DNA of 64,000 nucleotides from Camelus dromedarius (Eukaryota), in contig NC_087436.1 of assembly GCF_036321535.1 (NCBI RefSeq), positions 65,412,001 to 65,476,000 of the forward strand, written 5' to 3'. The translations under genes were made by a program, and so were the position numbers. Shown piece after piece: positions 52,406 to 64,000 of this stretch (position 1 is the stretch's first letter; each line of letters opens with the position of its first letter). Under the pieces are notes generated by a model. The model was not told where the DNA came from. It saw nothing but the letters and a program-made list of their open reading frames with translations, and ran no database searches.

Positions 52406-54164
52406 GGTTAACATACATCATTTCAAAACATAATTATCTTAAGGCATTAATCTTAACAATACCTTTTTTTTCTAACCCACTCAGATGCAGGGTTACATAC
52501 GTATGATTTCTCCCCTTATTTTTCATTTGATGAAAATAATCCCAGTTCATTTCCTTCTGGAAATAATATTATGTACACATATTGGCCACTAGAAGAAGGA
52601 TACCTCCTCCATTTGTTGCTATAAAGATTCTTAAATGTTCATTATTTTTGTGTCTATTTGCGCTGTAATTCTGATGGACTTGGTAAACAGAAGTATCTGG
52701 GTGGATGAAATAAATGCAACATTCATGGAAAAATCAATAATATTTTTGAAGCCTTACTGCCTGTCTTCACATTCTTAAACTGACAAATAATCATGTCACA
52801 AAATATATCATTATTATGCAAACTTGCCACTCATTTTTGAAACACTTGAAGAGCATATCTGGCAGTAAGCTCCCACAAGAGTCTCATTAAAAGTATTTGT
52901 AGACAAACATTGACCAGGGTAAAACTTGTCAATAACATTTCTCTTTTTACTTAATTGGTTAGTATTCATAATTGTGGGGTTTGTTGATGGCTAAGAGAGT
53001 TGTCATAGTTTCCACAGAATCTCTAGGAATATATTAGCTAGTCTTTTGAAAATGTAGGGGTTATGGATATTAATATAAAATGTAAACATAAGTAGATATC
53101 ACAGATCACATTCTAAAGAGAAAAATAGGATTTAAAAAAATACACAATTTTTAACTTGCCAGAAGATGTGTCTTTTATATTCTGTGCCATCCTAACCCCT
53201 ACCCTCAACAGTGTCTCTTCCTAGGAAAGAAGTACAGAAAAAGGAACCTGAAATTGCTTCTGAAACATGAGATTTACTTTAGAATGCCTTGGATTATTAG
53301 TTATCTACATACTCTAATATTCTAGTCATTAATTTATTTGGGGGTTATAATCACATCATGTTCCCATCACATAAACACATATACACATCACAACCGAACA
53401 GTTAAGATTTTCAGAAAATATTCAAAGTCATAGAGATATCAAATATCAACTCCAACTATTCCTTTATTTTTTTTACACAGACCATAAACATTTACACAGT
53501 AAAAGCTATGATTTGACAGGAATTGGGGATTGCTTAAACAATTATCCACTTTGTCCTATAGCAAAAAGTCTTGAGTGTTTAGTTCAATAAAATAGAAAAT
53601 ATCAATTTGTTATGAATAAAGAAAAGCATTACTCTTTAACAGTTTAACAAAAATACTCTTAATTTACCATCTCCTTTCTGTCTTACATTGGGAGTAAATA
53701 TATCTGCTCAGTTTATTCACATGAAGGCCTATGAATGAAAGTTCTACAATTGCATTTCTGCAGCATCGAGAATGAATTATTTATAAATCTATTTAAACAA
53801 TAAATTTGGGATTATACTGCACATCTTATATTGGTAAGTTTCCAATTATTTATTTAAAATAAAATTTATCAAAGAGATTCAAAAGTGAGTCAAAAAGAAA
53901 TGTATTTTTATAGAATCAAAGTGATAATGGCCTTTCTAATTAAGCATTTAACCTGGATGCCATAAGAGAAAATGATAAAAAAAATATGACCAAAGTAAAA
54001 AAAAAAATATGGCAAAAATAACCAGAAACTAAAGTAAAAAGTCTGTTAATTGGAAAGTATTTGTAAATCATATAAAGGACAAAGATATAACTTCCTGAGT
54101 TTATAAATTTCTTTTTCAAATCGCTAACTAAACTATCAAAAACCCAGTACAAAAATGAACAAAT

Positions 54165-54940
54165 GATGTGAAGCAACAGAACTCTTATTCATTAATGATG
54201 GGAATGTAAATTGGTATAGCCACTTTGACCATTTTTCCAAAAACCAAACTTATTCTTACCATACGATTCAGCAATCACACTCCTTGGTATTTGCCCAAAG
54301 GAGATCAAAACTTATGTCTACACAAAAACCTGCACAAAGAGATGTTTGTAGCAGCTTTATTCATAGTTGTCAAAATTTGGAAGAAACCAAGATGTCTTTT
54401 AGTAGGTGAGTGGATAAACAAACTGTGGTACATCCAAATTATGGAATATTATTCAGTGTTAAGAAGAAATGAGCTATCAAGCCATGAAAAGACATGGAAG
54501 AAACTTAAATGCCTATTGCTAAGTGAAAGAAACCAATGTGGAAAGGCTACACACTGTATGATTCCAATTACAGAACATTCTGGAAAAGGTAAAGCTGTGA
54601 TGATAGTAAAAAGATCAGTGGTTGAGAGGCCTTGGGGGTAAAGGGATGGACAAATATGCAGAGTACAGAGGATTTTTAGGGCAATGAAATTATTCTGTCT
54701 GATATTGTAATAGTGGGTACATATATAAAACATAATACACAGAGTGAACCATAATATAAACTATAGATGTTTCAGTGTAGGTTCATCAGCTGTAACAACT
54801 ATACCTCTCTGGTGGGGAATGTTGATAATGGGAAGATATGCATGTGTGTGGGGAGGGGGAATATGGGAAATTAATGTAACTTCCTTTTAATTTTGCTGTG
54901 AATCTGAAATGCTCTAAAAATTGAAGTCTTAATTTAAAAT
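54165..54940 (+). mobile_element. L1MC1-like 3' end (preceded by older L1 pieces from ~53930)
   Basis: cagcaatcacactccttggtatttgcccaaaggag...gagctatcaagccatgaaaagacatggaagaaacttaaatgc...ttttgctgtgaatctgaaatgctctaaaaa. Confidence 0.85.
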
Positions 54941-56424
54941 CTTAATTTAAAAATCTATCATATATGAGACAAATAATTCCAGTTAATCATTTATTTTATG
55001 AAGGTAATCAGAAACATAAATAATAATTAAATGTGAAATATTTATAATATAAAAGTATAAATAAAGTTAAAAACTAAAATATATTATTATCCTAACTTAT
55101 ACCTATGTCATAATTGATTTAACAAATTCCAAAGACAAAAGGAATGCCCCAATTACACTTTTAGCAAATACACCACGTTAAAGGAGACAATTCAAATGCA
55201 TTGGGTACATTTAGGTAACATGGGACAGAACACATCAAAGTATAAAAGGTGATTTGTGCCTATGTGTAGTAATTTTGTGCGGTTTTACTTTCTTTTCTAT
55301 GCTATTTCTCCATTTTTCTAATTATTTTTAATGAATATCTGCTAGATAAATAATCAATAAAAATGTTTATGTAAAGAGGAAAAATCATTGACCTATTCAA
55401 AATTCGAGTATTTACCTTCTTAGAAGTACAGAAAATGTTTTTCCTTCAGTTTACATTGATAAAGCGGAACTGTTGATTATATCTCATTATGACATGTTAG
55501 TTTTTTTGTTTTGTTTTGTTCTGCAGCCTAATAAAATCAGTTACCTGACAAACATCCTTTCTTAGTTGGAAAGCATCATGAACAAAAAGTAAGTTTAATC
55601 TAATCCCAGCCCTTTTACCTATCTATCATGTGAACTTGGCATATATGAGTTTGTTTAGGCACCTGCAAATTGGATCCACAGTATCTTCTACCTTCATCTA
55701 ACTCATAGACTTATAGTAAAGAATAGTAAGATATTAGGTCAATAAATTTGCTCTGATATGACCTATTATGCCACATTATATATTTGGTTTAAATTGTAAT
55801 ATTATTACATCTATAAATTCCATATCACTTTTAGCAATTAATTTTGGGATTAATGTACCTTTGAAATGTGTACAGAGTGTTCACATATACAGTATATAGT
55901 ATGCATTACCAAGTAATGAAAAGTCTAGTATCAGAAAAGCAGAATATATTATTTCGGCTATTTTTACTTGACACAATTTATGCCCTATTAGAAGCAAATA
56001 AAGTCTAGACAGTTGTTAGTGTTTTTATGAAACACAAGAGAAAATAGTTCTACAAAGTCTGTGTCACTGTCATTGTAAAAATTGCAACTTATCTAATCTC
56101 AGTGTTATATACATGTTTGTACTGTGCTTTTATAGAAAAACTGACTATGACTCTGACACTACTTTCAAAGGTGTACATTCTTCTGGTACAGAATAAGTGG
56201 TTGATAGATTGCTCTTTTCAAGTTATTTTTCAGCAGAAATCAGATACTCTCAACAATAAAATATGGGACAGTTAAAATGTACCTAAAATAGCCTTTTACA
56301 CTACAGAATATCTGGATTAATACATTTTATATAATACAACACTCCAACATTTAAAACAAAAATCAGACTAAAAGTGGTGAATAAAAGAGGAAAATATTTT
56401 TAAAACATGTTAAAGTGGATATTA

Positions 56425-56760
56425 TTGGTTGTCTACCCTGAATGTCTTCTCCCCTCCTTATTCTCTACAGAAACATAGTATTTCTCAACTTCATGCCTCT
56501 GCATTACTCAGCCCATGTATTCAGAGACAGATGACTGCATTTCAGCTCCTGAGGTGGCTCTGACTGGTGTACAGGTAATTCCATCTATCTTACCAGTGGT
56601 TGGTTTACAATGACCATATGACCCAAACCAATGAATTCAAAACAGTAGTTTGCTAAGAAATATTGGCAAACTTTTGTTCGTCTTGTTAAGGTTCAGAAAA
56701 CCACATTAAATGCGGAATTGAAGATTAAAATTGCTGCAGCCACCTTGCTACAACATGATC
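56425..56760 (+). mobile_element. Old MaLR (MLT1J/K/L-like) LTR fragment
   Basis: ccagtggttggtttacaatgaccatatgacccaa; gctgcagccaccttgctacaacatga. Confidence 0.45.
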
Positions 56761-57869
56761 TAGTATATTTGGGGGGCAGTTTGAGTTAGGTTATATATTA
56801 TTTGAAGATGAAAGTATTCCAACTGATGCAAAATAAATGAACAAGAGCAAAACATAATAGATATGTTTAAAAGTAATGTGTAGTAGGTCTTCTGTTCTGC
56901 TATGGTCTGCTTTTTAATGAGTGGCATTATGTGTAATTTATTCATTTTAAAATTGCATAACACAATATGAACAGCTGTCATTACAGCATTATAAATAAAT
57001 CAGGTTTGCTGGGATTATTTAGAGACTAAACATAAGATACATTCGATATACTATTTGGCCTAATTGAAGGAAATAAAATTAGAAGCCCTGAGAGAAGTCT
57101 TGATGAGGCAGGATGGGAAACAAACATAAACAGATGAAAACAGTACCAGAAGGCAATTTATCTTTCTCCATCAACAGAATAAAAAATACTATATATTTTC
57201 TCTATGTTGGATGTCTCAGTGTATCTTCATACAAACTTGTATAGTAGAGGAAAAAATAGAAAAGTATTTAAAGGGTCCTTACAGCACAATGAAGTTGGAA
57301 CTATGTACCTTTAAATATAGGCTTAAACAAAAGGACAAGAAAGATACTCAGAAACATGAAGTCTTTTCAGGTGTTTATCTCCTTCACCCATTCAGTATTC
57401 TATTTGGCTCAATTCATTTGAAAAATCCTGAGTCTCAATACCAAAATTTTACCTACGTGTTACATAGTTGTGCCAGTTAACTATTTCCTCTTCTCACTCT
57501 TTCATGCATATTAAATAGTAAATGCCTTGCAAAACACTAGAGGCATGACCTATAAGTGTACTGTCTCTTAAAATTCATGAATTTGACAGGTAACTAGGAG
57601 TTTTAATAAGTATGCATTTCTTACGCAATAGGGACAAAGTTCAAGTCAGTATGAGATATTCACTAATCCTGCTACTACAATGTCAATTTAGAAGATAGAC
57701 TTTCTAAATTCTCACCATTGTATTTGCTTTTATTTTATATTTCCCATTTTCTCTAGAGATAATTGAGATAATGAACTAATATATTTTAGATCATATATAG
57801 AGAGTATTAATTTAGCCTATATATAATAGTCAAAATATAGCAAAGTACTAAAGTAATTATTTGTTAATT

Positions 57870-58195
57870 GCACATGGTAAATTGTCTCATTGCCAAAATA
57901 CCCCTCTTGTGCCGCATCCCCTATCAGACTTCCCCTAGAAGGAAGATTACCCTTTCTGCTACACCATGTGATTTGCTTTCGCCAATGAAATGCGTGTGTA
58001 AACACTCATGAACATACTGCAGGAGCCACTGCATCTTTTTGGAGCCATATTTGTCTTTTTGCTCTGCTCTGAGACCTAAAGGTCCCAGCGTTGGTTTGAA
58101 AATTAAAAGAAGACTCATGATGGACATGAATGTAGTTGTAAGCTACTAAGATTGTGGGTCATTTGTTACTACAGCATAAATTGGCCTAAACTTAG
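57870..58195 (+). mobile_element. Old MaLR (MLT1I-like) LTR
   Basis: ccatgtgatttgctttcgccaatgaaatg...gttgtaagctactaagattgtgggtcatttgttactacagcataa. Confidence 0.55.
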
Positions 58196-58599
58196 TATAT
58201 AATTCTGTTCAGCATCATACCACACATTTTCTTTAAACTACCTTTTAATTCTTACAACAGCCTGTTGATATATTATCTGCTCTTTACCTGCGATATAAAT
58301 AAGACAGATAAATGGAAACTACGAAGCTAATTCAATGACTAAGTTGTCAGATTTTAAAATCTGTGCATTTAACACTCTATACTTCATCCCTTATTTTAAA
58401 AATAAACATAATCACATGACTTGTCAAAAACACAAATTTCTTAAACAAATATAACTGAAGCTTACTTGCCATAATTGCAAATTTTGTTCTCTTTTCACTA
58501 CATGAATATCTTATATAATAATCCTGAGTAATAAAAATGTCCTTCTTCATGTGAAATTTTGTTTAACCTGAGAGTAGTGACATTTTTATCATAGGGAAA

Positions 58600-59250
58600 T
58601 AGCTGCTGGAAATTCTTCCTTAATTTTTATTTTATTCAATATTTCAAATCATTTACATAATTTGAAAAGCAAAGTAAAGGAGAATCAAATGAGAATTTTG
58701 CCCCAACAAAAGACATTACCCAAATCCCCAGTCTGGAAGTAACGAATGTTATTAGTTATTTATGTATCTCCTCAGAGGGAATGTATGCATATAGAAGAAA
58801 TAGATTTGGACACTATTTTTATTATTTAATATTATCTTACAGATGATAAATTCGGGGATCATAACATGTAGATCATATATGGAGTTATATATGTATAGAT
58901 TAAGAGATTTCTTCCTCTTTTAAAGTAGTACTGTGATTTATTAAATGGATGTTTGCACATATGCATTTACATCCATAGGAAAAAAATACTAGAAATACAG
59001 AGTTACGACGATATGTAACTTTTATATATATTGACAACTTACTCTTTTCAGAAGTTTTATCAATTTACATTCCCATGAGTAATGCAAAAGAGATCACCCA
59101 CACATATGTTGATGCCAATCCAACAGGAAAAAAAGTATATTTCAGTGTGATTTGATTTGCATTCCTTTTTTTATATCTAGGCTGAAAATCTTTTTATTTG
59201 TTTATGAATTTCTTATATTTACTTTTCTATAAACTATCTGTTAATATAAT
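58600..59250 (-). mobile_element. Old L1ME-like 3' fragment
   Basis: cagaagttttatcaatttacattcccatgagtaatgc; tttcagtgtgatttgatttgcattcc. Confidence 0.5.
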
Positions 59251-62200
59251 CTCCATTTGAACAAAATTCTAATTCAAATCGGTTGTTACAAACCATTGAT
59301 ACTTTGTGATTTAGGCTATTCAAATTAAGTATGTCTTAATATGTTGCTAATACATGAAGCATATGTTGTTTCCATCAGAAAAATTATTTTTAGAGAAAAT
59401 GAAATATGTCACATTTTCATTTGTTATAAAATATTATCACAGGTAAGGAAATACTATTTTAGTATGTAATTGAACAACTAATTAGCTACAAGAGTCCTAT
59501 GCACTATTTGATGAAATCACTATCCTTACTAACTATAATTTTGTACATTATTTTGGTACGTACTGGTACATTATTTTTAATTATAAAGCATTTTGAGAAA
59601 TTTATATATTTTAAGAACTTGAGTCTTTTTTAGTTCAAAGAATAAACATTTATCAGTATTATCTACTCTTAAGCTTCTTTTGGTTCTTTTAGCTACATTT
59701 CTATTATGTCACTTCACATTCTGTTTTCCTTAAAAATTTTAAGATGTATGTTTTGGGAAACAATATACATATAAATATAAATTTCTGATAAACAAATTAG
59801 ATGGCTATTCTGCATCTATTCTTGCAGTGCTCTTTCCTTTACCAAAATCTCCAGAATTCTAAAATGTTACATTTGCCAGATTTCCTTATAGCTAGCATTC
59901 TGTATAGTAATTATGTTTTGTGCAGTAAATGTATTTCAATGTGATTTGGAAGACAGAAGTCAGAGAAAGACCATGCTGTTATTGCTTTTGACTTTAACTG
60001 CTGTGAGCAAGATTACAGAGACATGGATGTCAAGACATAGTTGCAGGGGCCAGTATGTGCAGTTAAGTGTCTAAGTGCCATCGTTTTGCCTGCACAAATG
60101 AATTGCTAAAACAAGAGCTTCCCCACCCCAGCTTGTTGATCACTGGATTGTGATAATAATGCAGTGTTCTTGAATTTAATAGTTCCAATGATCTTCTGAT
60201 CTCTACTTTTTCAGCTTTTTAAATTTTCAGCTCACTGTCAATTTTGTTAATTCAATAAATCATGATGTATACGATATATATTAATATACCATATTTCCTT
60301 TCATATTTGCACATTTATGTAATAGTAATTTTATTATACTCATCCACTTTTATATCACAATATATATTTATTCTAACCAGGCGAAACACAAAAAAATTTC
60401 TCATGGTCCCTATGGAGCTAGTGATAGAATATCATCGCATTCATTTTTAAATAAATGAAAGGCCATAAGAATCTGAGACCTCTTCTCCCTATAGATTTTA
60501 CCAAAATCATTCTTAATATTTTAAGTTGTCTGTTTTAGAGAATAATATCAGATCACTCTTCTACAAATTTTGAAGATAATAATAATAAGGAAAGAGTCAG
60601 CCCTGACCAGATTCAGCTTTAATTTTCCTGTCAGGCTGGTATTCAGTTGACAATTCTTACTGCGATATAATCTTTCCTATAGAAATTAAAGACGTGCACA
60701 GAATCATACACTTGTGTTCTGTTATTATCGCTCTTCCCATCACACTGACTTCCTAATCTCTGAATACCTGAACGAGATCTTGTATGAGAATAAGGCCCAT
60801 CTCCTTCTTGGCTATAGCTTTGTAGTTTTCTATGGATTGCATACCTTCTTGAGTATCCACCTCCAAATTCCTCAAGTGTATTGCCCTGGTTTTTCTGGTT
60901 CACTGTGGTGATGATCCCTGGTCATCTCTGACATTATTGAAATTGATGCTAATTTGATATTCTACTAGGATAGTCTATATATACTACAAAGTCCATATTT
61001 TCCAAAGAACTTATTACTTCTACCTCCCATACAATGTCAACAATCAGCTGTTAATGTAAAGTGTCCCAATCCAAGGAAAGTTATTACCTTTCATTTCACT
61101 GTGTCACGAAGTTGGGTATTATCCTTAACTCCATCTGCTTCCTCGCTCTTCATACGCCATAAATTATGGTGCCATTTTGACTCCTAAATTGTTTCCAAAT
61201 TCATCTATCCCTCTCATCTTCATGACTGCTATTCCAATTCAGGTCAGCATCATTCCACTGAGTGCATGCATGTTCTTAGTCAAGATCTGCTCATCCTGAA
61301 TTTATTCTCTATCATAGTTAGACTAATTATTTTAACCTGGCCATGTTACTGTTACTGAGAGTAAGATTTTTAGGAATTTTTCATCTATTTAAGCAGTTGT
61401 GAATCAGCCCTCAGTGTTCTTATTCATATTTCATGGTATTAGGAAGATGCATAACATAATGTATCATTTCTATTGTAATCTCTTATTGCATTAAAGATGG
61501 CATTTTCCCCCTCAGTTCCATTCTCTTTTTTCTCTTTTCAGTATTTTTCAGTTAAGGAAGTTTTAAAAAGCTGAATAACCACCTCAATCCAAATGTTTTA
61601 TACCTTTTATACTTTTCCCTAATGTTCTTTGTAACCTGAATGCAACTGTTTAACATAAACATTGATTATATCAAATCTTAAAATAGGGACTCCTTCGTTG
61701 ACATGCAGCAGTTGAATTAGAAATACATATTCTCATTCCTTTCGTCCTCCTTTTGATAGGGGGTCACTCATGGGCAGTGGCTCATAGGGTTAGGGACAGA
61801 ATTCAGTTTGATGCCATGTTTAGTCATCTGGAGGAGATATGGAAGATTAGTGGCCAATGCTTATCAGACTTACTGGGAGATGCAAAGCCTCCCTCAGAGT
61901 AGTTTTTTCTACTTGTTTTGGACTGAGGCATTATACTGCGGCACACAGATTCTTCACATTAAGGAAGTTTGTGTACTTTGATTACTTCTTTGCTTGGGTC
62001 CTGTTCAAAGACAGACAGACCTAGGAAAGTCATTTATTGTATTCTCTGACTTTATGTTGGGAATATCTTTGTTTTTCAAGTTTCTCTATAAATGTCCCAT
62101 TAAATATTTACTTGTCACAACTTCTTGATCCTTCACTACCTCTTTTTTTTTTTTTTTTTTCCAGAATGGAAACTTCCAATACTGTCTTCAGATCATGATA

Positions 62201-62274
62201 CTGGTTGTCAACCATTGTTTAACAGTTCATATACATGCTTACTGAGGAGCCCAGCTCCTGGTTAAAGAACTTTA

Positions 62275-62780
62275 TGTTATGCCTAAACATAAGCAATCAC
62301 AAAGGCTTTACCTGGCAGGCTTCACAGGGCCTTCACTCTTAGGTTTATTTACCTGAGGCTGTCACAGAAGTCCTCTTTAAGAACCTCTGCTGAGAGTTCC
62401 TCATGAAGGGAGGAGGGAAACACCTTTAATAGACTTTTCCCCACTCTGACTCAGAAATCAGTACTCTTTCCACTTCTCGCCCTTCCTCCTTGCCCTCCCC
62501 ATGTCCTCAGGGTTCATAAAACTCCCAGAGCCTTTTGTTTGGGGCTCCCTAAATAGTGAGACAACCCCACATCTGTGCTGATCCATCTGACCCTGAACCA
62601 GTGCACCATTTCATGAGGAGTATAAAACAGGGGAGTCATTTGTGTTCTCTAGTTTTAGGCTTTCGCTTATTCCATTGCAGTAAGTGATTAAAGGCTTAAC
62701 TCTTTCCATTTTAGCTTGGTTCTTTAATCAGCTACTCCACACCTGACAGCTTCCTGCTCATCTAAGCTGAGCTCATGACA
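62275..62780 (+). mobile_element. ERVL-class solo LTR (MER74/MER73-like)
   Basis: TG...CA termini (tgttatgcc...gctgagctcatgaca), internal TATA-like cataaaa and attaaa signal, 5-bp TSD remnant cttta (62270-62274) / cttaa (62781-62785). Confidence 0.7.
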
Positions 62781-63847
62781 CTTAACACACCCTTACCTCA
62801 TGACAATTAAATTTCAGTTACCTAAATGACACTGATATAGGGCACCTTTTATAGAGCTATCCACATATGGAAAGGTGAATAATTTCATGATCCTTTTATT
62901 TTATGGCAGATTGCTTTCATATGCTATTATGATACATAACATCATCAACATTTATCTGAAATCACCCACTGTTTGTTTTTAATATCATGATATAATACTT
63001 GTAGCACGAAGACTTCAGTTAATGAAAGTGGCTAGGCATTTCCTGCTAAGTTTTAATGATTCCTGAATTTTTATTCCAACCTGGCAATATCTGCTCTTCA
63101 ACTTTTAATCTGACATAATAATTCTTAGTCGCATAATTTTTTAAGTTAAAATGTGTCATTTTCGTAATTAAAAAAATCAGTTAAAATAAAAATTTATTTA
63201 GTCCTTGTTTTTTTAAATCTAACTTGAATGGAGTTCGAGTGATGTATATTTTTTCTCAACATTAGAAACTTTCTTCTCTTTCTGTATTTGATTGTTCCAG
63301 AACCCATTTTTATAAGCTTGTACTCATATTTATTCCTATTTCATTTTTATATTGGTTATTTATAAATCGGTTTACAAAAAGTCAATTATCTTTGAAATTG
63401 AGATTATTCAGCAAACAGACAGCAGAGTTAATTTTTCTCAGAATTCTCAAGCCACTCTACTTCTTTAAGAGTATCTGGTCCTCAGCTAATATCTGAATTT
63501 TGTAAAATATTTTGTTTTTGCTTTCCTGATATAAACCCCCAATTCAAGTCTGTGTTAAACACAAAGGGCATGTCCCTTTTAACTCAGTATGAAATGCTAT
63601 AATGAATGAGCACACAATGTGAGTCAATGAGTTATTTTATCAAGCCAACCATATAATACTTCTAAATATTTAGTTGTGGAACTTAAACAAACTAAAGACA
63701 ATTTCTTTCACAGTATACTGGCAATTAATAGTTATACCCTTACTCTGCATTTCACATTTGATTCAAGAATGGATAACATGCAGAAGAATTATATTAAGAT
63801 CATGTATTATGTATAATTTGCTGTTAATTAAACATAAAGACTATACA

Positions 63848-63990
63848 GACAGGTGGTGTAGTATAAGGTCAACAAATCTGCAATCAGAAAAGATCAGAAT
63901 TGAAGTTCTGACTGCAACCTACTTCTACTGTATTCTTGGACAAGTTGAATATTTTTCCCTATCCTCTGTTTCCCACCTGTTAATATAGAA
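63848..63990 (+). mobile_element. MIR SINE
   Basis: ggtggtgtagtataaggtcaac...tattcttggacaagttgaatatttttccctatcctctgtttcccacctgttaatatag. Confidence 0.65.
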
Positions 63991-64000
63991 CTCACAGAGT

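Noticed and set aside
54225..54641. 138-aa ORF
   Set aside because: Decayed L1MC ORF2 C-terminus/3' region.
3108..54940. Long-range inverted pair of L1MC copies (3108-3945 and 54165-54940) as ends of a giant element
   Set aside because: Independent, diverged insertions of a common family, with no shared TSD or terminal structure.
60600..60960. Moderately complex stretch with ORFs 60643-60903 (-) and 60714-60911 (+) as a coding exon
   Set aside because: No recognisable protein similarity and no convincing paired splice sites in an open frame.
1..64000. CRISPR array, rRNA/tRNA genes, operons, endogenous viral coding regions
   Set aside because: No regularly spaced direct repeats, no recognisable structural RNA motifs and no gag/pol/env-like ORFs were seen. 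The LTRs present are solo or fragmentary.

Overview
This is mammalian nuclear DNA, not microbial, most likely from an artiodactyl and probably a camelid. That call is inferred from an artiodactyl-type Tigger1 MITE, cetartiodactyl-type L1 3' ends and the apparent absence of ruminant, pig or primate SINEs. The first ~1.4 kb is a CpG island running into an unprocessed, disabled short-chain dehydrogenase/reductase (RDH11/RDH12/DHRS13-like) pseudogene. It has two in-frame TAG stops, a retained GT-AG intron, no TGxxxGxG cofactor motif and no downstream catalytic exons that I could find. The remaining ~62 kb is AT-rich, gene-poor sequence made largely of L1, L2, MIR, MaLR/ERVL LTRs, DNA-transposon MITEs and a compound (GAAG)n/(GAAA)n microsatellite. 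I found no intact protein-coding gene, RNA gene or CRISPR array. The most notable structures are a near-perfect 87-nt hairpin at 20358-20444, a TSD-flanked L1 whose 5'UTR is fused directly to the ORF2 C-terminus (31426-33763), and a neighbouring 5'-inverted L1 with two internal deletions removing most of the endonuclease and the RT catalytic core (34356-36767). Repeat family names were assigned by eye from remembered consensus sequences, and the boundaries of old repeats are approximate. I cannot support a claim of a new biological system; the best candidates are the possible non-autonomous deleted-L1 family and the hairpin.
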